Virus record (IMG/VR): IMGVR_UViG_3300045781_000130 | Location: 1 to 57,897 of that record | Strand: one strand, 5' to 3' | DNA: 57,897 nucleotides | Source of the DNA: a virus | Taxonomy: Duplodnaviria; Caudoviricetes | Part shown: piece by piece, positions 19,598-28,880 of the stretch | How the letters are laid out: each line of letters opens with the position of its first letter | Position numbering within the stretch: position 1 is the first letter of the stretch | Made by a program: the position numbers and the translations under genes | Notes under the pieces: model-generated | Seen by the model: the letters and a program-made list of their open reading frames with translations, nothing else | What the model was told of the DNA's origin: nothing | The model's database searches: none

Positions 19598-20088
19598 CGA
19601 TCACTTCTTGGTTTCATTCCATCGAGACTAATGTCGGCCTGGTCCATGTGGACATTAATGCAGTGATTGGGAAACTGATCTCTGGGATCGAACTCGTGGG
19701 GCATGAAATTGATGCCCTGCTGAAATGGGGAGTCTCTCAATCCGCGAATATCGAGGCGGGGTTGAATGCTGCGGCGCCGGTTATTGCTGCGGTAGCTGGG
19801 CTGGCGACGACTGCCGCGACAGGGAATCCTGGTGCGGGACTTGTGGTTAATCGGGCGATTAATGGAGTGGACGCTGCATTCACCGCGGCAGAGGCCTCAG
19901 TAAAACTGCTTAATGCCGCTAAAGTCTCTCTTGCGGAGACAGGAGGAGGAACGGTTGCGAATGACACTGCAGCGATTGTGGCGGCGGTTCACGCGATCAC
20001 CACAGCGAACTCCCAGGTCGCTAATGTCTCCACAGCGGCACTTAATGCTGCCCAGGCAATTCAGGCTTTGATTCCTCCGAAAGCTTAA
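19594..20088 (+). CDS. Hypothetical Ala-rich protein
   Basis: ATGA overlap with the upstream gene. Confidence 0.55.
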   Translation: MTITSWFHSIETNVGLVHVDINAVIGKLISGIELVGHEIDALLKWGVSQSANIEAGLNAAAPVIAAVAGLATTAATGNPGAGLVVNRAINGVDAAFTAAEASVKLLNAAKVSLAETGGGTVANDTAAIVAAVHAITTANSQVANVSTAALNAAQAIQALIPPKA

Positions 20089-20093
20089 AGGTC

Positions 20094-20435
20094 ATGGAAA
20101 TGCCTCCTTTCTCAATCGACCTGACAGTGATCTATGACGTGTCAATGATCGGAGCAGTAGTTTGTAGCCTGGCTGGGACTATCTTTTACACTAGGTTTCG
20201 GTCAGAAAAAGCTGAAGAACTCGCAAAGCAGGCGAAGGCGGAGGTTGTAGAGCTTGGTGTGGAGCTGACTACTTTCCGAATACACGCAGCACAAAACTAT
20301 GTGACGAGCGAAACGCTTGGGAGGATAGAGGGGAGACTTGGTGAAATGGGGCAGGAGATGCGAGCGGATATTAAGGATATAAAGGACACGATTATATCCG
20401 CGCTAGCGTCCCTTGCAATGGGGAAGAAAGACTAA
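20094..20435 (+). CDS. TM plus coiled-coil protein (lysis accessory-like)
   Basis: One TM segment followed by a coiled coil; YVT..L.RIE. Confidence 0.5.
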   Translation: MEMPPFSIDLTVIYDVSMIGAVVCSLAGTIFYTRFRSEKAEELAKQAKAEVVELGVELTTFRIHAAQNYVTSETLGRIEGRLGEMGQEMRADIKDIKDTIISALASLAMGKKD

Positions 20436-20464
20436 AAAAGGGGGCGTAAGGCCCCCTTTACTTT
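20434..20464. terminator. Bidirectional terminator where the late and early regions converge
   Basis: AAAAAA-GGGGGC-GTAAG-GCCCCC-TTTACTTT. Confidence 0.8.
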
Positions 20465-20477
20465 GCGCGGACTGTGG

Positions 20478-20503
20478 CCCACGTTGCACAACGCAAACGT
20501 GGG
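20478..20503. promoter_or_regulatory. 26-bp palindromic motif, copy 2
   Basis: CCCACGTTGCACAACGCAAACGTGGG. Confidence 0.85.
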
Positions 20504-20511
20504 TTTTTTGC

Positions 20512-22782
20512 TCATTCCTGCCCATGAGTATTCTTCGGGGTTGGCATGTAGGTTTTTGTTCCCGCGTGTCTTATCATCATATTACTCCTCTCCGCAATTT
20601 CGAGAATACGGTTGATTTTCTCCGAGGGAACTTTGCCTGTGAGAAAGTGGACTAGCATCCCTTCGTGGAGTGGTTTTTTATTCTTCGCATAGGCTTGCCA
20701 CATGAAGAAGTGCAGTTCTTGTAGGACCAAGAGATCGCTTTTCCCAGACATCTCTCGGAAAATATCTGGCATTACTTGTTCTGCTCCTAGGAGCCAATCC
20801 TTAGCCCGAGTAACATCTTCCAATGTAACTCGCATAGTTGGCCCTCTTGACATTGCAGATATAGCGCAGAGTTTGAGAGTGTGTAGAATACGACGAGGAA
20901 TATAATGAGCAAGCTTGCTATGTTCAGGCACAGGCTCACAGCCGCCGTAAGCCCAGTCCTCAATTGCGTGCTCAGCTTCTTCGTCCCAAGATAATTGACC
21001 ATAACGCTCTCCCATGTTTGCAAGACCTTTAGCGAGGGAGCTGAAAAGTTCCTCTCGCTTTTCTTTTTTGGGTCCGAATAGGCGAATTTTCGGGCCGGTG
21101 CAGGAGTACACCATTATAAGACGGGAGGTAAACCCCATTGTCCAAGCTTCTTCGGGGAGAAGAGAAGCAAGAAACCCCGGCTGTGTCCCTGCAAGGATTG
21201 TTAGTTGAGGGCAGGGGATATCGACGACTCTCGACATTGTCCTGCGCTCTTCACGATACCTCCTAGGATTATCGAATACGAAATTGAGCACGGAAAAGAA
21301 TTCCAGATCGTGGGCCGGTACCAAAACTCCAAGTTCCCCGCAAGGGACCAGAAGTGAATGATATTCCAAGAGGTTTGCCCCGTTGTTAAGGGGCTTTTTT
21401 GTTGCGGCTTTTTCAAGTGAGTCAATGAGTGCCGCCTTGGTGACGTTGTTTGGGGAGATATGGAAACAATCTGCAGCTACCCAGAGTTCTTCGACAGGAT
21501 TTATCGCGATAGTGTTGTGAATGACTGTGAAGTCATCAAGAAGGAACTGATGATCTCCATCAACAATGATACCATGCCATTTTCCTAGTCTTGAGGGTTT
21601 TATTGTAAACCCAGTATTATTTACGTTTTTTATTTGTCTACGTGGATGAGCTTTTTTCCTATGGATTTTGCAAGGAATTACCTGACACTCTCCACTGATA
21701 GAAACTCTCCAATATAAATTGGATACATCTCCACAAGATTTCATAGATGAAGTTATGTAGGCTGCAAGCCCTAATGATCTACACAAGAACGCTACATCAG
21801 TGCTAAGTTGTTTACTTTTACTGATAAAGTCATAACAACCATACTTAGCAAGATAACATCCATCTGTGTCAATAAGTCCAGCAAGAACTTGTCTCCTTGT
21901 CTCATATGATCCATATTTTATAAACTCAGGAATAGATTTATCTCCACATTTGTCTGTGAGTCCATAACTTCTAAGTTTATCTAGGAGATGATTTTTCGTC
22001 CATTGCCCTTCTTTTGTGTAAGAAGTTAGTCCATAGCGATTACCAGCACCTGAGACATTCAAACCCCATTTTTCGGCTACAGTATGACAAACTTGTGCTA
22101 TTTCATAGTCCTCTGTGGTTATAAAGATAGATTTTCTTTCTATTAAACTATCTCCATCACCAAGTAAGACTCCAATAAAATATGGGTCTACTTCAGGTTC
22201 ATCTCTATAAGAAAATTCTTTTACTCCTGTTCTCCAGAGCTTCCATTCACTCTTTTTAAAAGCAGGCCAAGTTAGCCATTCATTCACAGTTACATGGAGA
22301 ATAGAACCTTGGTTAGGCTTCCTGCTTTTGCGAAGGGAAAGAATATGTTCTCCATTACATTCCCAAGAGCGCCCTTTGGTAGGAGTTACTTTGTAGAGTT
22401 GCCCCTCTCCTGGTGCGGTCTTAAGAACTTGTCGCTGAGTTCCATCTGGTCCAATGAGTAAATCCCCTTCTTTTACTGTTTCTACAGGAACAGCTTTCCC
22501 ATCATAGGTGAGTACTAATTCACCATAACTCAAGCACTTGCCAATGCCTGGCGGTGCAACCAAGAGTGTGAAAAGGTTGGGGTAGAGTTGGGACTGTGCA
22601 GTTTCGATCCAGACTCGGCGTTCCAGAGCTCCAGATACGGCTGTGATTGCAGACCAGAGGCGAAAGATTTCTGGCGTCGGAGACCCCTGGGTGTACTCCA
22701 TGAAATTTGAGATCCAATCACCCTCTACAGCGTCCTTGAAAGCAGGCTGGTCCTCGTGCGCGTGTCGGGCTTGCCCTTCCAT
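20512..22782 (-). CDS. DUF3987-like P-loop helicase containing an intein
   Basis: LYPNLFTLLVAPPGIGK|T Walker A split by the intein; GFTSRLI. Confidence 0.7.
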   Translation of the reverse strand: MEGQARHAHEDQPAFKDAVEGDWISNFMEYTQGSPTPEIFRLWSAITAVSGALERRVWIETAQSQLYPNLFTLLVAPPGIGKCLSYGELVLTYDGKAVPVETVKEGDLLIGPDGTQRQVLKTAPGEGQLYKVTPTKGRSWECNGEHILSLRKSRKPNQGSILHVTVNEWLTWPAFKKSEWKLWRTGVKEFSYRDEPEVDPYFIGVLLGDGDSLIERKSIFITTEDYEIAQVCHTVAEKWGLNVSGAGNRYGLTSYTKEGQWTKNHLLDKLRSYGLTDKCGDKSIPEFIKYGSYETRRQVLAGLIDTDGCYLAKYGCYDFISKSKQLSTDVAFLCRSLGLAAYITSSMKSCGDVSNLYWRVSISGECQVIPCKIHRKKAHPRRQIKNVNNTGFTIKPSRLGKWHGIIVDGDHQFLLDDFTVIHNTIAINPVEELWVAADCFHISPNNVTKAALIDSLEKAATKKPLNNGANLLEYHSLLVPCGELGVLVPAHDLEFFSVLNFVFDNPRRYREERRTMSRVVDIPCPQLTILAGTQPGFLASLLPEEAWTMGFTSRLIMVYSCTGPKIRLFGPKKEKREELFSSLAKGLANMGERYGQLSWDEEAEHAIEDWAYGGCEPVPEHSKLAHYIPRRILHTLKLCAISAMSRGPTMRVTLEDVTRAKDWLLGAEQVMPDIFREMSGKSDLLVLQELHFFMWQAYAKNKKPLHEGMLVHFLTGKVPSEKINRILEIAERSNMMIRHAGTKTYMPTPKNTHGQE
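21514..22536 (-). mobile_element. Intein with LAGLIDADG homing endonuclease (341 aa)
   Basis: Starts CLSYG, has block B CNGEH, YFIGVLLGDG and LAGLIDTDG, ends VIHN followed by Thr+1; AT-rich. Confidence 0.92.
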
Positions 22783-22823
22783 TTAACTAACCTAAAGTTG
22801 GAGTTTCTTTTATTGAACATTGT

Positions 22824-23366
22824 CTATCTCCGCAGAGCTTGAGACAACTGCTCAATCGCGTTTCGTTTCTCTAGGTCTCGAGTTCTTTTGTGGATTAACA
22901 TATGATAAGCTTGGTCAGGGCAGATTACTAGATTTAGTGGAGTAAAGTTATCGTCTTTTATTCCATTCATATGATGAATTACAGTTTTGGGCGGAAGTTT
23001 TTTACCTAGGGCTTTTTCTGCTAGCATTACATGCTCAAGAACTTTTTCTCCATTTATTGTGTATTCTCTGTATCCGTCTTTTGTGCTATAACCAGAACCG
23101 TCTGGGGCTGAAATTAAATATTCCCTGCCATGTTTTGTCACTGAGTCATAATGTTGTTGGCAATAATTCTTAGCGAAAGCATTTTGCTCACAACCTTCCA
23201 CAGAGCATATTTTGCCTTTATTCCTCATATTTTTGACTGTATTAAGATCTCCGTGTCTTGTAAGTCTGTGCCAATGTTTACTGCAATATCCATAATTAGT
23301 CGCAATGGTAGTGCAGTCTTCAACTTTACAACTGCAACTTGATCCTTTTCTTCCTCTAGTCATCAC
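22824..23366 (-). CDS. HNH homing endonuclease with Zn-finger repeats
   Basis: CxVxxC..YCxxH twice; EHVMLAE..LG..VIHHMNG.KDDN..NL. Confidence 0.85.
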   Translation of the reverse strand: MMTRGRKGSSCSCKVEDCTTIATNYGYCSKHWHRLTRHGDLNTVKNMRNKGKICSVEGCEQNAFAKNYCQQHYDSVTKHGREYLISAPDGSGYSTKDGYREYTINGEKVLEHVMLAEKALGKKLPPKTVIHHMNGIKDDNFTPLNLVICPDQAYHMLIHKRTRDLEKRNAIEQLSQALRR

Positions 23367-24850
23367 AAAGTCCTTTGCTGCCAGGGAGTTCTTTTTCTAT
23401 CATCTTTTTGTCCAGACTTCCATTTCTTTAGACCATCTGGATTTGCATCAGAAAAATTTCCCCAATTATACCCTATTTTGCACTCACCCGGAACGATTAG
23501 CTCGCGTCCATTTTGGGAAGTGCGAATGTCTATTATGTTGAGTGCTTCGGGCAAAAGCTCATCTTCGTTATCGGTCTCTCTATACTGAAAATAAATCGCA
23601 TCATGGACTTGGGCAGTTATACGTATGCGAGAACCAAAATGCTGCCAGAGGCGATAAAGTGCTAGATTTGTACGATCACCTGTAGCAGACTGAGGTGCAA
23701 ATGCTATCGCCTCCCGCAAAGTTGTATCATCGCCCGGTCGCCCAAAGAAGTGGCGCTCCCTTCCCCAAGGGGTTACAAGCTTTTGCTGTGTTTGTAAACT
23801 TTGCGCTACATGCTGATGCCATTTTGGAATACCAGGAAATGCCGTGAAATACCCTTTTTGAAAAGCTTCCGCTAAATGCACAGGTATTTTGGCGTGCCTT
23901 GCCATCGTGAAAGGTCGTCCAAAATAATTACTCCCATGCCCCAGCTTTTTGGCCATATCCCTGTAAGAGTATTCACGGTAAAAAATTTGATCAGCTATCT
24001 CTCGGTCATGCTTTTTCTCCCCGTTCCAGGGTAAGTCTTTCCATGTCATTCGACAGACGGTTGTGTGGAGGTCTCCAGCGTAGCAAGCGTCAAGATAAGA
24101 CCAGTCTCCAAAAAGTATTCCACAGAGCCAACCTACTTCACGAGACTCAGCTTGTTCAAGATCAATGCCACAAAGTTTCCAGCCCTCATCAGAAATGAAA
24201 ATTTTCCGTAACTCACCAGCTATATTTTGGAGGTTTGTTCCTGTGCCATCTGCAGAAGATGATGAGCTCCATCGACCGGTCTCAGTCCCGGCGATGTTGT
24301 AGCTGGTACGCATTCTCCCATCAGAGGATACTTCCGTCTCAAGAACTGAGAGTTTCTTTCCGAGATCTCGGATGGTGAGGATGCAGGCAATGATTGGTCG
24401 GGCATGGAAGTAAAGCTCCAGTTTCTCGAGGGCTTCGCGGTTGGTGGAGAGCTTTCTCTGCCCTTTCTGGGAAATCCAGACCTCGGGAAGTTTCATGGCG
24501 GAGTAGAAAAAGTCGATTAATTGCTTGGGAGAACGAGGATTCAGACCCTTAGACCAGATTGCAAAGGCGAATTTCTGCAGAATCCCATCGAGGCGAGAGA
24601 TTTCTTTACGTAGGGACTCGATGCCTTTCTGGCGTTCATACTCATCAACTCTAAAACCCCTAAGCATCATTTCGAGAACTGGGGCTTGAAGTGCCCGCTC
24701 GAAGTTATAGATCATGGGGTCGAGGTTGTGAAGGGAGCGCAGTTCTTTGAAGACCTCGAAGGTCACGCAGCAGTCCAGGCCGTTATAGACCTGGTAATGG
24801 TGAGGAATGGCTCCGAGAGCGAGGTTATGGGTTTCGATAATTGGCATCAA
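23363..24850 (-). CDS. polA: Family A DNA polymerase, polymerase subunit (carries ExoIII)
   Basis: TETGRWSS, NLQN, motif A DLEQAESR, motif B RDMAKKLGHGSNY, motif C QVHDA; N-terminal YNGLD. Confidence 0.9.
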   Translation of the reverse strand: MMPIIETHNLALGAIPHHYQVYNGLDCCVTFEVFKELRSLHNLDPMIYNFERALQAPVLEMMLRGFRVDEYERQKGIESLRKEISRLDGILQKFAFAIWSKGLNPRSPKQLIDFFYSAMKLPEVWISQKGQRKLSTNREALEKLELYFHARPIIACILTIRDLGKKLSVLETEVSSDGRMRTSYNIAGTETGRWSSSSSADGTGTNLQNIAGELRKIFISDEGWKLCGIDLEQAESREVGWLCGILFGDWSYLDACYAGDLHTTVCRMTWKDLPWNGEKKHDREIADQIFYREYSYRDMAKKLGHGSNYFGRPFTMARHAKIPVHLAEAFQKGYFTAFPGIPKWHQHVAQSLQTQQKLVTPWGRERHFFGRPGDDTTLREAIAFAPQSATGDRTNLALYRLWQHFGSRIRITAQVHDAIYFQYRETDNEDELLPEALNIIDIRTSQNGRELIVPGECKIGYNWGNFSDANPDGLKKWKSGQKDDRKRTPWQQRTL

Positions 24851-25080
24851 AGTTTCCCTGTGGAATGAAGCCAGTTAAAGAGTCGTCGCCAGAAATAGGA
24901 GCGGATTAGAGATACGACTGTAAAAATAACATTGATCCAAAAATTCTGACTGGCAGTAGAGTGAAAACCAAAAAGAGGAAAGACAATGCTGGCGGTTATA
25001 AAGGCGATTATGAAGCCAGAAAAGGTGTTGAGAGAGATTTCTATAAAAGAGTGAGAGCGCTTTTGTATAGAGGGTTTCAT
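24847..25080 (-). CDS. Small membrane protein
   Basis: Two hydrophobic segments; SFIE..N, RSYFWRRLFN. Confidence 0.65.
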   Translation of the reverse strand: MKPSIQKRSHSFIEISLNTFSGFIIAFITASIVFPLFGFHSTASQNFWINVIFTVVSLIRSYFWRRLFNWLHSTGKL

Positions 25081-25304
25081 TGCAAAGACCCCTCGGAAGG
25101 GAGGAGAGAGATTTGGAGGTTGGAGAGGAAAATTTTTGAAGCCTGCTCTTTATCTGCAGGGGGAAGGGCGAGGAGATATGCGGTAGAGATTGTCACACAG
25201 GCAGCGAGAATATCCATGACATTTATTTCTGTACCAGGGGAGGTAGAGCAGACGATATTATTCCATGCTTGTGCCCAAGCGAGAGCTTTGTCGTAGTCAG
25301 TCAT
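25077..25304 (-). CDS. Hypothetical protein
   Basis: Overlaps both neighbouring genes in the operon. Confidence 0.55.
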   Translation of the reverse strand: MTDYDKALAWAQAWNNIVCSTSPGTEINVMDILAACVTISTAYLLALPPADKEQASKIFLSNLQISLLPSEGSLQ

Positions 25305-26340
25305 CTTTTTTCTCCGCTTCAGTGTCTTTTCTCATTAATTTCCAGGAGCTTTCATTTGTATAAATTGAGCCTAAAAATCCTAAACCTTTTTGTAATTCAG
25401 GGTATAGCGCATGATGATATAACATCGTATCATCTGTGCAATTAGTAACTCGTAAAGGAAATTTAAGAATATATTGAAGGTCATATAAACCATTCTGCCA
25501 GATCTTATTGGCTGGAAGAGTGAGAAGTCGTTCCACTGCCCGCCAGGCAAGGCCTTCTTCCTGCACACTTGGCCAGAAGTTAACCCCAGCTTTGCTGGTA
25601 AAAGGGATCACAAGGGCGTGCTTTGCGGACGAGGCAAAACCAATTTCAGTAATCTGCCCGTTCTTTGTTTCAATGTCACAGGCGAGGAACTCCGCAGGAA
25701 CTGCATGGGTAAGGGTCCATTGCTGAATTTCGTGGAGAGTTGGGGAGACGAGGATATACCTCTCCGGCCGGGAGATCTCCGGGGACTCGCTTTCCCGCTT
25801 CGCCTTCATGAGGTCCGCAAGAACTATCGGACGGTAAGCCCAGTTCCTGAGGACTGCAGCAGGATTATAGGTGGGGAGAACTTTATATTCTCCAAACAGC
25901 CCTTGGGAGACGACTCCACGAAGCGATCCAATGCCGGCAGAACCAAGAAGGCTCCAGCAAGCAGTATTGCCAAGAGCAATAACAATGTTTCGAGGGAAGG
26001 AGTTAAGTTCTTCATGGAGCCTCGAGATATGTGGGAAGTGGGAGGGGAGGATGTATTTCCCCTGGGAAAGTTGCTTGAAGGGGTAGTCCTTGCCTGCCAG
26101 GGACTTCGGGCCACAGAGGGACTCGATATTGCCACCTGGGGGCTGGAAGGGAAAGACATTTGTGAGAAGACAGGAAGAGCGAGAGAAACCACTTTCACGG
26201 AGGAGACGAGTGAGTTCCTGCCCACTCGGTCCCATGAAGGGTTTTTTCACCAACTCATCGTCCTTGCCAAAACACTCCCCGACAATTACTACCTTGGCGT
26301 CACGAGGGCCAAGGGTTCGGGAGAAGGGAGTTAGGGGCAT
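25297..26340 (-). CDS. Family-4 UDG-like domain fused to the N-half of a 3'-5' exonuclease
   Basis: IVGECFG, PFMGPSG, TNV, ALGNTA, PTYNPAA; then CDIET (ExoI), QNGLYD (ExoII), DTML. Confidence 0.85.
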   Translation of the reverse strand: MPLTPFSRTLGPRDAKVVIVGECFGKDDELVKKPFMGPSGQELTRLLRESGFSRSSCLLTNVFPFQPPGGNIESLCGPKSLAGKDYPFKQLSQGKYILPSHFPHISRLHEELNSFPRNIVIALGNTACWSLLGSAGIGSLRGVVSQGLFGEYKVLPTYNPAAVLRNWAYRPIVLADLMKAKRESESPEISRPERYILVSPTLHEIQQWTLTHAVPAEFLACDIETKNGQITEIGFASSAKHALVIPFTSKAGVNFWPSVQEEGLAWRAVERLLTLPANKIWQNGLYDLQYILKFPLRVTNCTDDTMLYHHALYPELQKGLGFLGSIYTNESSWKLMRKDTEAEKKDD

Positions 26341-26804
26341 GAGGTTTCTTCGAGGATAGCTTTGAAAAGAAGCAGGTAGACAAGGAGGTCATCCACACGA
26401 CCGGAGATAGGTTCGAGTCGTTCCCTCGTCTTCCCCTCGTTGAGGTCTTTAATATACTGCATGACCGCATCCCAATGCTTCGCGGAGTACACTGCCCAGA
26501 CAGTCTCCATTGGGAGGCCAAGGGCCGCGGCGTTTCGGCGGAAGTTCGCGAGGCGATCGGAGTCCCCTGCGTACTCTCCTCCTTTGAGAGAGGAAAGGGA
26601 TTTGATTTGGGCTACAGAGGTGTTAAGAAGGTCATCCCAGCGTTTGTGGGAGTAGAAACCTGGAGCTTTGGTTACACAGGGATCTTTAGGGAATTTTTTC
26701 TTAGATATTGCTGGTTCCCATTTGTCGTGAAAGTTGCTACATGTATTACATGGCTCTAGCTTGTAATTTACATCGTCATATTTACAGGTGCTGCAAGTTT
26801 CCAT
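26331..26804 (-). CDS. MazG-like nucleotide-modification-associated protein with an N-terminal Cys cluster
   Basis: KGGEYA..DRLANF, KH, EPISGRVDDLLVY. Confidence 0.6.
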   Translation of the reverse strand: METCSTCKYDDVNYKLEPCNTCSNFHDKWEPAISKKKFPKDPCVTKAPGFYSHKRWDDLLNTSVAQIKSLSSLKGGEYAGDSDRLANFRRNAAALGLPMETVWAVYSAKHWDAVMQYIKDLNEGKTRERLEPISGRVDDLLVYLLLFKAILEETSCP

Positions 26805-26805
26805 C

Positions 26806-28275
26806 TTATCGCCCTCCCACAGATCTAAGTGTCCGAAAATGCTTCAGCGCTTTCCTAGCATTCTCACAATGTTCTTGGGAGATTTCCAGCCCCAAGGTAG
26901 ACTTCGCTCCACTAGCCTCGGCAGCTCTCAGCGCGCTCCCACCCCCGCAAGTCGGGTCTAGCATATTGGTATGCTCATCCACAAAGAGTTGGAAGAAATG
27001 CTTGAGCACAGGGTCAGGCTTGGTGGAGGCGTGGTGCTCTTTCGCGGTCGGAGCCCAGTAGATGTTGGACACTGGCTTAACAACAAGGCGATCCTCGCGG
27101 GACATGAGGAAGGCAGTTTCGTAGACCCTCCGAGGGCCTCTCTTCGCGTCAGGGAGAATTCCGACGTTATCACTCTTCCCCCAGATAAGAGGGAATTTGT
27201 TGATGGAAAGACTCGGCGCCCGCTGCGCGAAGCGATCGAGGGTGGCCTCGTAATGCTCCATGGAAAACCAAAACATGATATGCCCGCTAGGGGTCATGAT
27301 TTTGTCCAGGTTAGCGCAAAGACAGTCGATGAGTTTCCAGTAAACTTCCGGGGAATCATCGTAGGTCTCCCACTTATCTCTCCCACTCATTGCCCCGCCA
27401 AAAGCGTTGATCCCGTAGGGGAAATCACAGTGGATGAAGTTAAATCTCGGCCCTTCATAGATCGGAGCCCAGTCGAGAAAGGACTCGTGGAGGATGGATT
27501 CAGGCTGAAGGATCGGGGCCGGTTTTGGGGATAGATCGGACGCAAAAAACGGCGTCAATTGGCCGGTTTCCGCGGCGCGTGACGGCGATTGTACGGCGGG
27601 CGATAGGGATATACCATCGGCAATTTGCGGGGCGTCCTTGGCCGTCCCTACAACGTGTGCCTGCCCTTCAATCTTAGCAAAAACTCCCGCGCCCGCTTCC
27701 AGGATGTCACTCATAGCATCCCCTACCGCCCGCTCGTCAAGGCGGGAGAGGATGTTGTAAGCCGCGCCGATCGACTGTGCGTCTTTGAGACGAGAGGAGT
27801 CAAGGTCTCGGAAAACACGGAGGGAGCGGGAGATGTAGGCGTTGGAGACGGAAATGGTTTTGCCAGTGTCGTCTTGGGTCCACTCGGGGTCTGCGTCGAG
27901 GTAAAGGGTGTGGATGCGGGCGATAGCTCGGCACTCATCCCGCCAAGGGAGGTCCATGCGTTTGAGGTTTTCCTCCGCTTCGATGATCTCTCCTTCGATT
28001 GGAGTGAGTTCAGCTGCGAAGCGGGTTGGGATAGTGGTGAGGCCGAGGTTACGGCAGGAAGTGTAGCGGCGCTCTCCTGCGACGAGGATGAAGGAAGCCT
28101 CGGGGAATGTGCCAGGAGCATCGGAAGGGAGGCGAGGCCTTACCACTATGGGGGAGATTACTCCGTAGAGGGAGATGGAGGGCTCCAGGTCAGAAGTGTT
28201 GATCTCCCGACGCTGGCGGGTGGGGAGGATGGAGATGGAGGTTAGTTCGAGCTGTTTGTATTTGTGGGTAAGCAT
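26806..28275 (-). CDS. ParB (CTPase-HTH) - DNA amino-methyltransferase fusion
   Basis: PIVVR, LVAGERRY, EENLKR, HTH TQDDTGKTISVSNAYISRSL; MTase DFPY, HASTKP, LDPTCGGGS. Confidence 0.85.
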   Translation of the reverse strand: MLTHKYKQLELTSISILPTRQRREINTSDLEPSISLYGVISPIVVRPRLPSDAPGTFPEASFILVAGERRYTSCRNLGLTTIPTRFAAELTPIEGEIIEAEENLKRMDLPWRDECRAIARIHTLYLDADPEWTQDDTGKTISVSNAYISRSLRVFRDLDSSRLKDAQSIGAAYNILSRLDERAVGDAMSDILEAGAGVFAKIEGQAHVVGTAKDAPQIADGISLSPAVQSPSRAAETGQLTPFFASDLSPKPAPILQPESILHESFLDWAPIYEGPRFNFIHCDFPYGINAFGGAMSGRDKWETYDDSPEVYWKLIDCLCANLDKIMTPSGHIMFWFSMEHYEATLDRFAQRAPSLSINKFPLIWGKSDNVGILPDAKRGPRRVYETAFLMSREDRLVVKPVSNIYWAPTAKEHHASTKPDPVLKHFFQLFVDEHTNMLDPTCGGGSALRAAEASGAKSTLGLEISQEHCENARKALKHFRTLRSVGGR

Positions 28276-28278
28276 GTG

Positions 28279-28479
28279 TTATTCCTTATTTTTAGTCAAA
28301 TAAAGAGGTTCGATAAGGGAATTATTCTGCAACGACGCCAATAATTCTACCTTTTTTATAGCTATGATCGAATCAGCTGTGCCTTTTCTAGCTCGTGCTT
28401 TACTGATTGATAGTTCTCCAGATTTGATTGCCAAAAAATCTTGGTACAATTCACCGAGTAGTTCTGTGGTCGTAACCAT
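28279..28479 (-). CDS. Hypothetical protein (AT-rich insert)
   Basis: ORF track; low GC. Confidence 0.5.
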   Translation of the reverse strand: MVTTTELLGELYQDFLAIKSGELSISKARARKGTADSIIAIKKVELLASLQNNSLIEPLYLTKNKE

Positions 28480-28816
28480 GTGCTTGCTCCTTTATAGCTC
28501 GATGGATGAGAGTTTTTATTTTTTGTATAGCTAGTAACTCTGGCGTAGGTTTCACTCCCTTTGGAAGATTTAATAACTGAGTTAAATAATTTTTATCTAA
28601 ATCTTCTCGGTCTCTTTTACGTTTAATCAAGTTCTTTTTATCAATCTGTTTTTGAACTGATCTGTCTCGCTTCTTTTTCTTTTCTCTTATTTCTTCAACA
28701 TGAGATTCTCTATAGGCTTTAGCGTTTACAGCAATTTTTTCTTTATTCTTTATTCTAAAAAGTTTACTTCTTGCATTGTTAGCTGCTTTTTGTTCTGCTG
28801 TGAAGATTCTTGGCAT
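28451..28816 (-). CDS. Basic Lys/Arg-rich protein (AT-rich insert)
   Basis: RBS GGAG; low GC. Confidence 0.55.
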   Translation of the reverse strand: MPRIFTAEQKAANNARSKLFRIKNKEKIAVNAKAYRESHVEEIREKKKKRDRSVQKQIDKKNLIKRKRDREDLDKNYLTQLLNLPKGVKPTPELLAIQKIKTLIHRAIKEQAHGYDHRTTR

Positions 28817-28829
28817 CTTTCCTCTCCAA

Positions 28830-28880
28830 GTAATTAATGAGGGGGAGGGGATATGCTCCGCCCCTCCCCCCTTTAATTAC
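28830..28880 (-). terminator. Hairpin after the SSB-like gene
   Basis: GGGGGAGGGG...CCCCTCCCCC inverted repeat. Confidence 0.55.

Noticed and set aside
20478-20509. The 26-bp motif as simply an intrinsic terminator
   Set aside because: Copies 2 and 3 could double as terminators, but other copies have arm mismatches, lack U-tracts or overlap a start codon, while primary sequence and spacing are conserved
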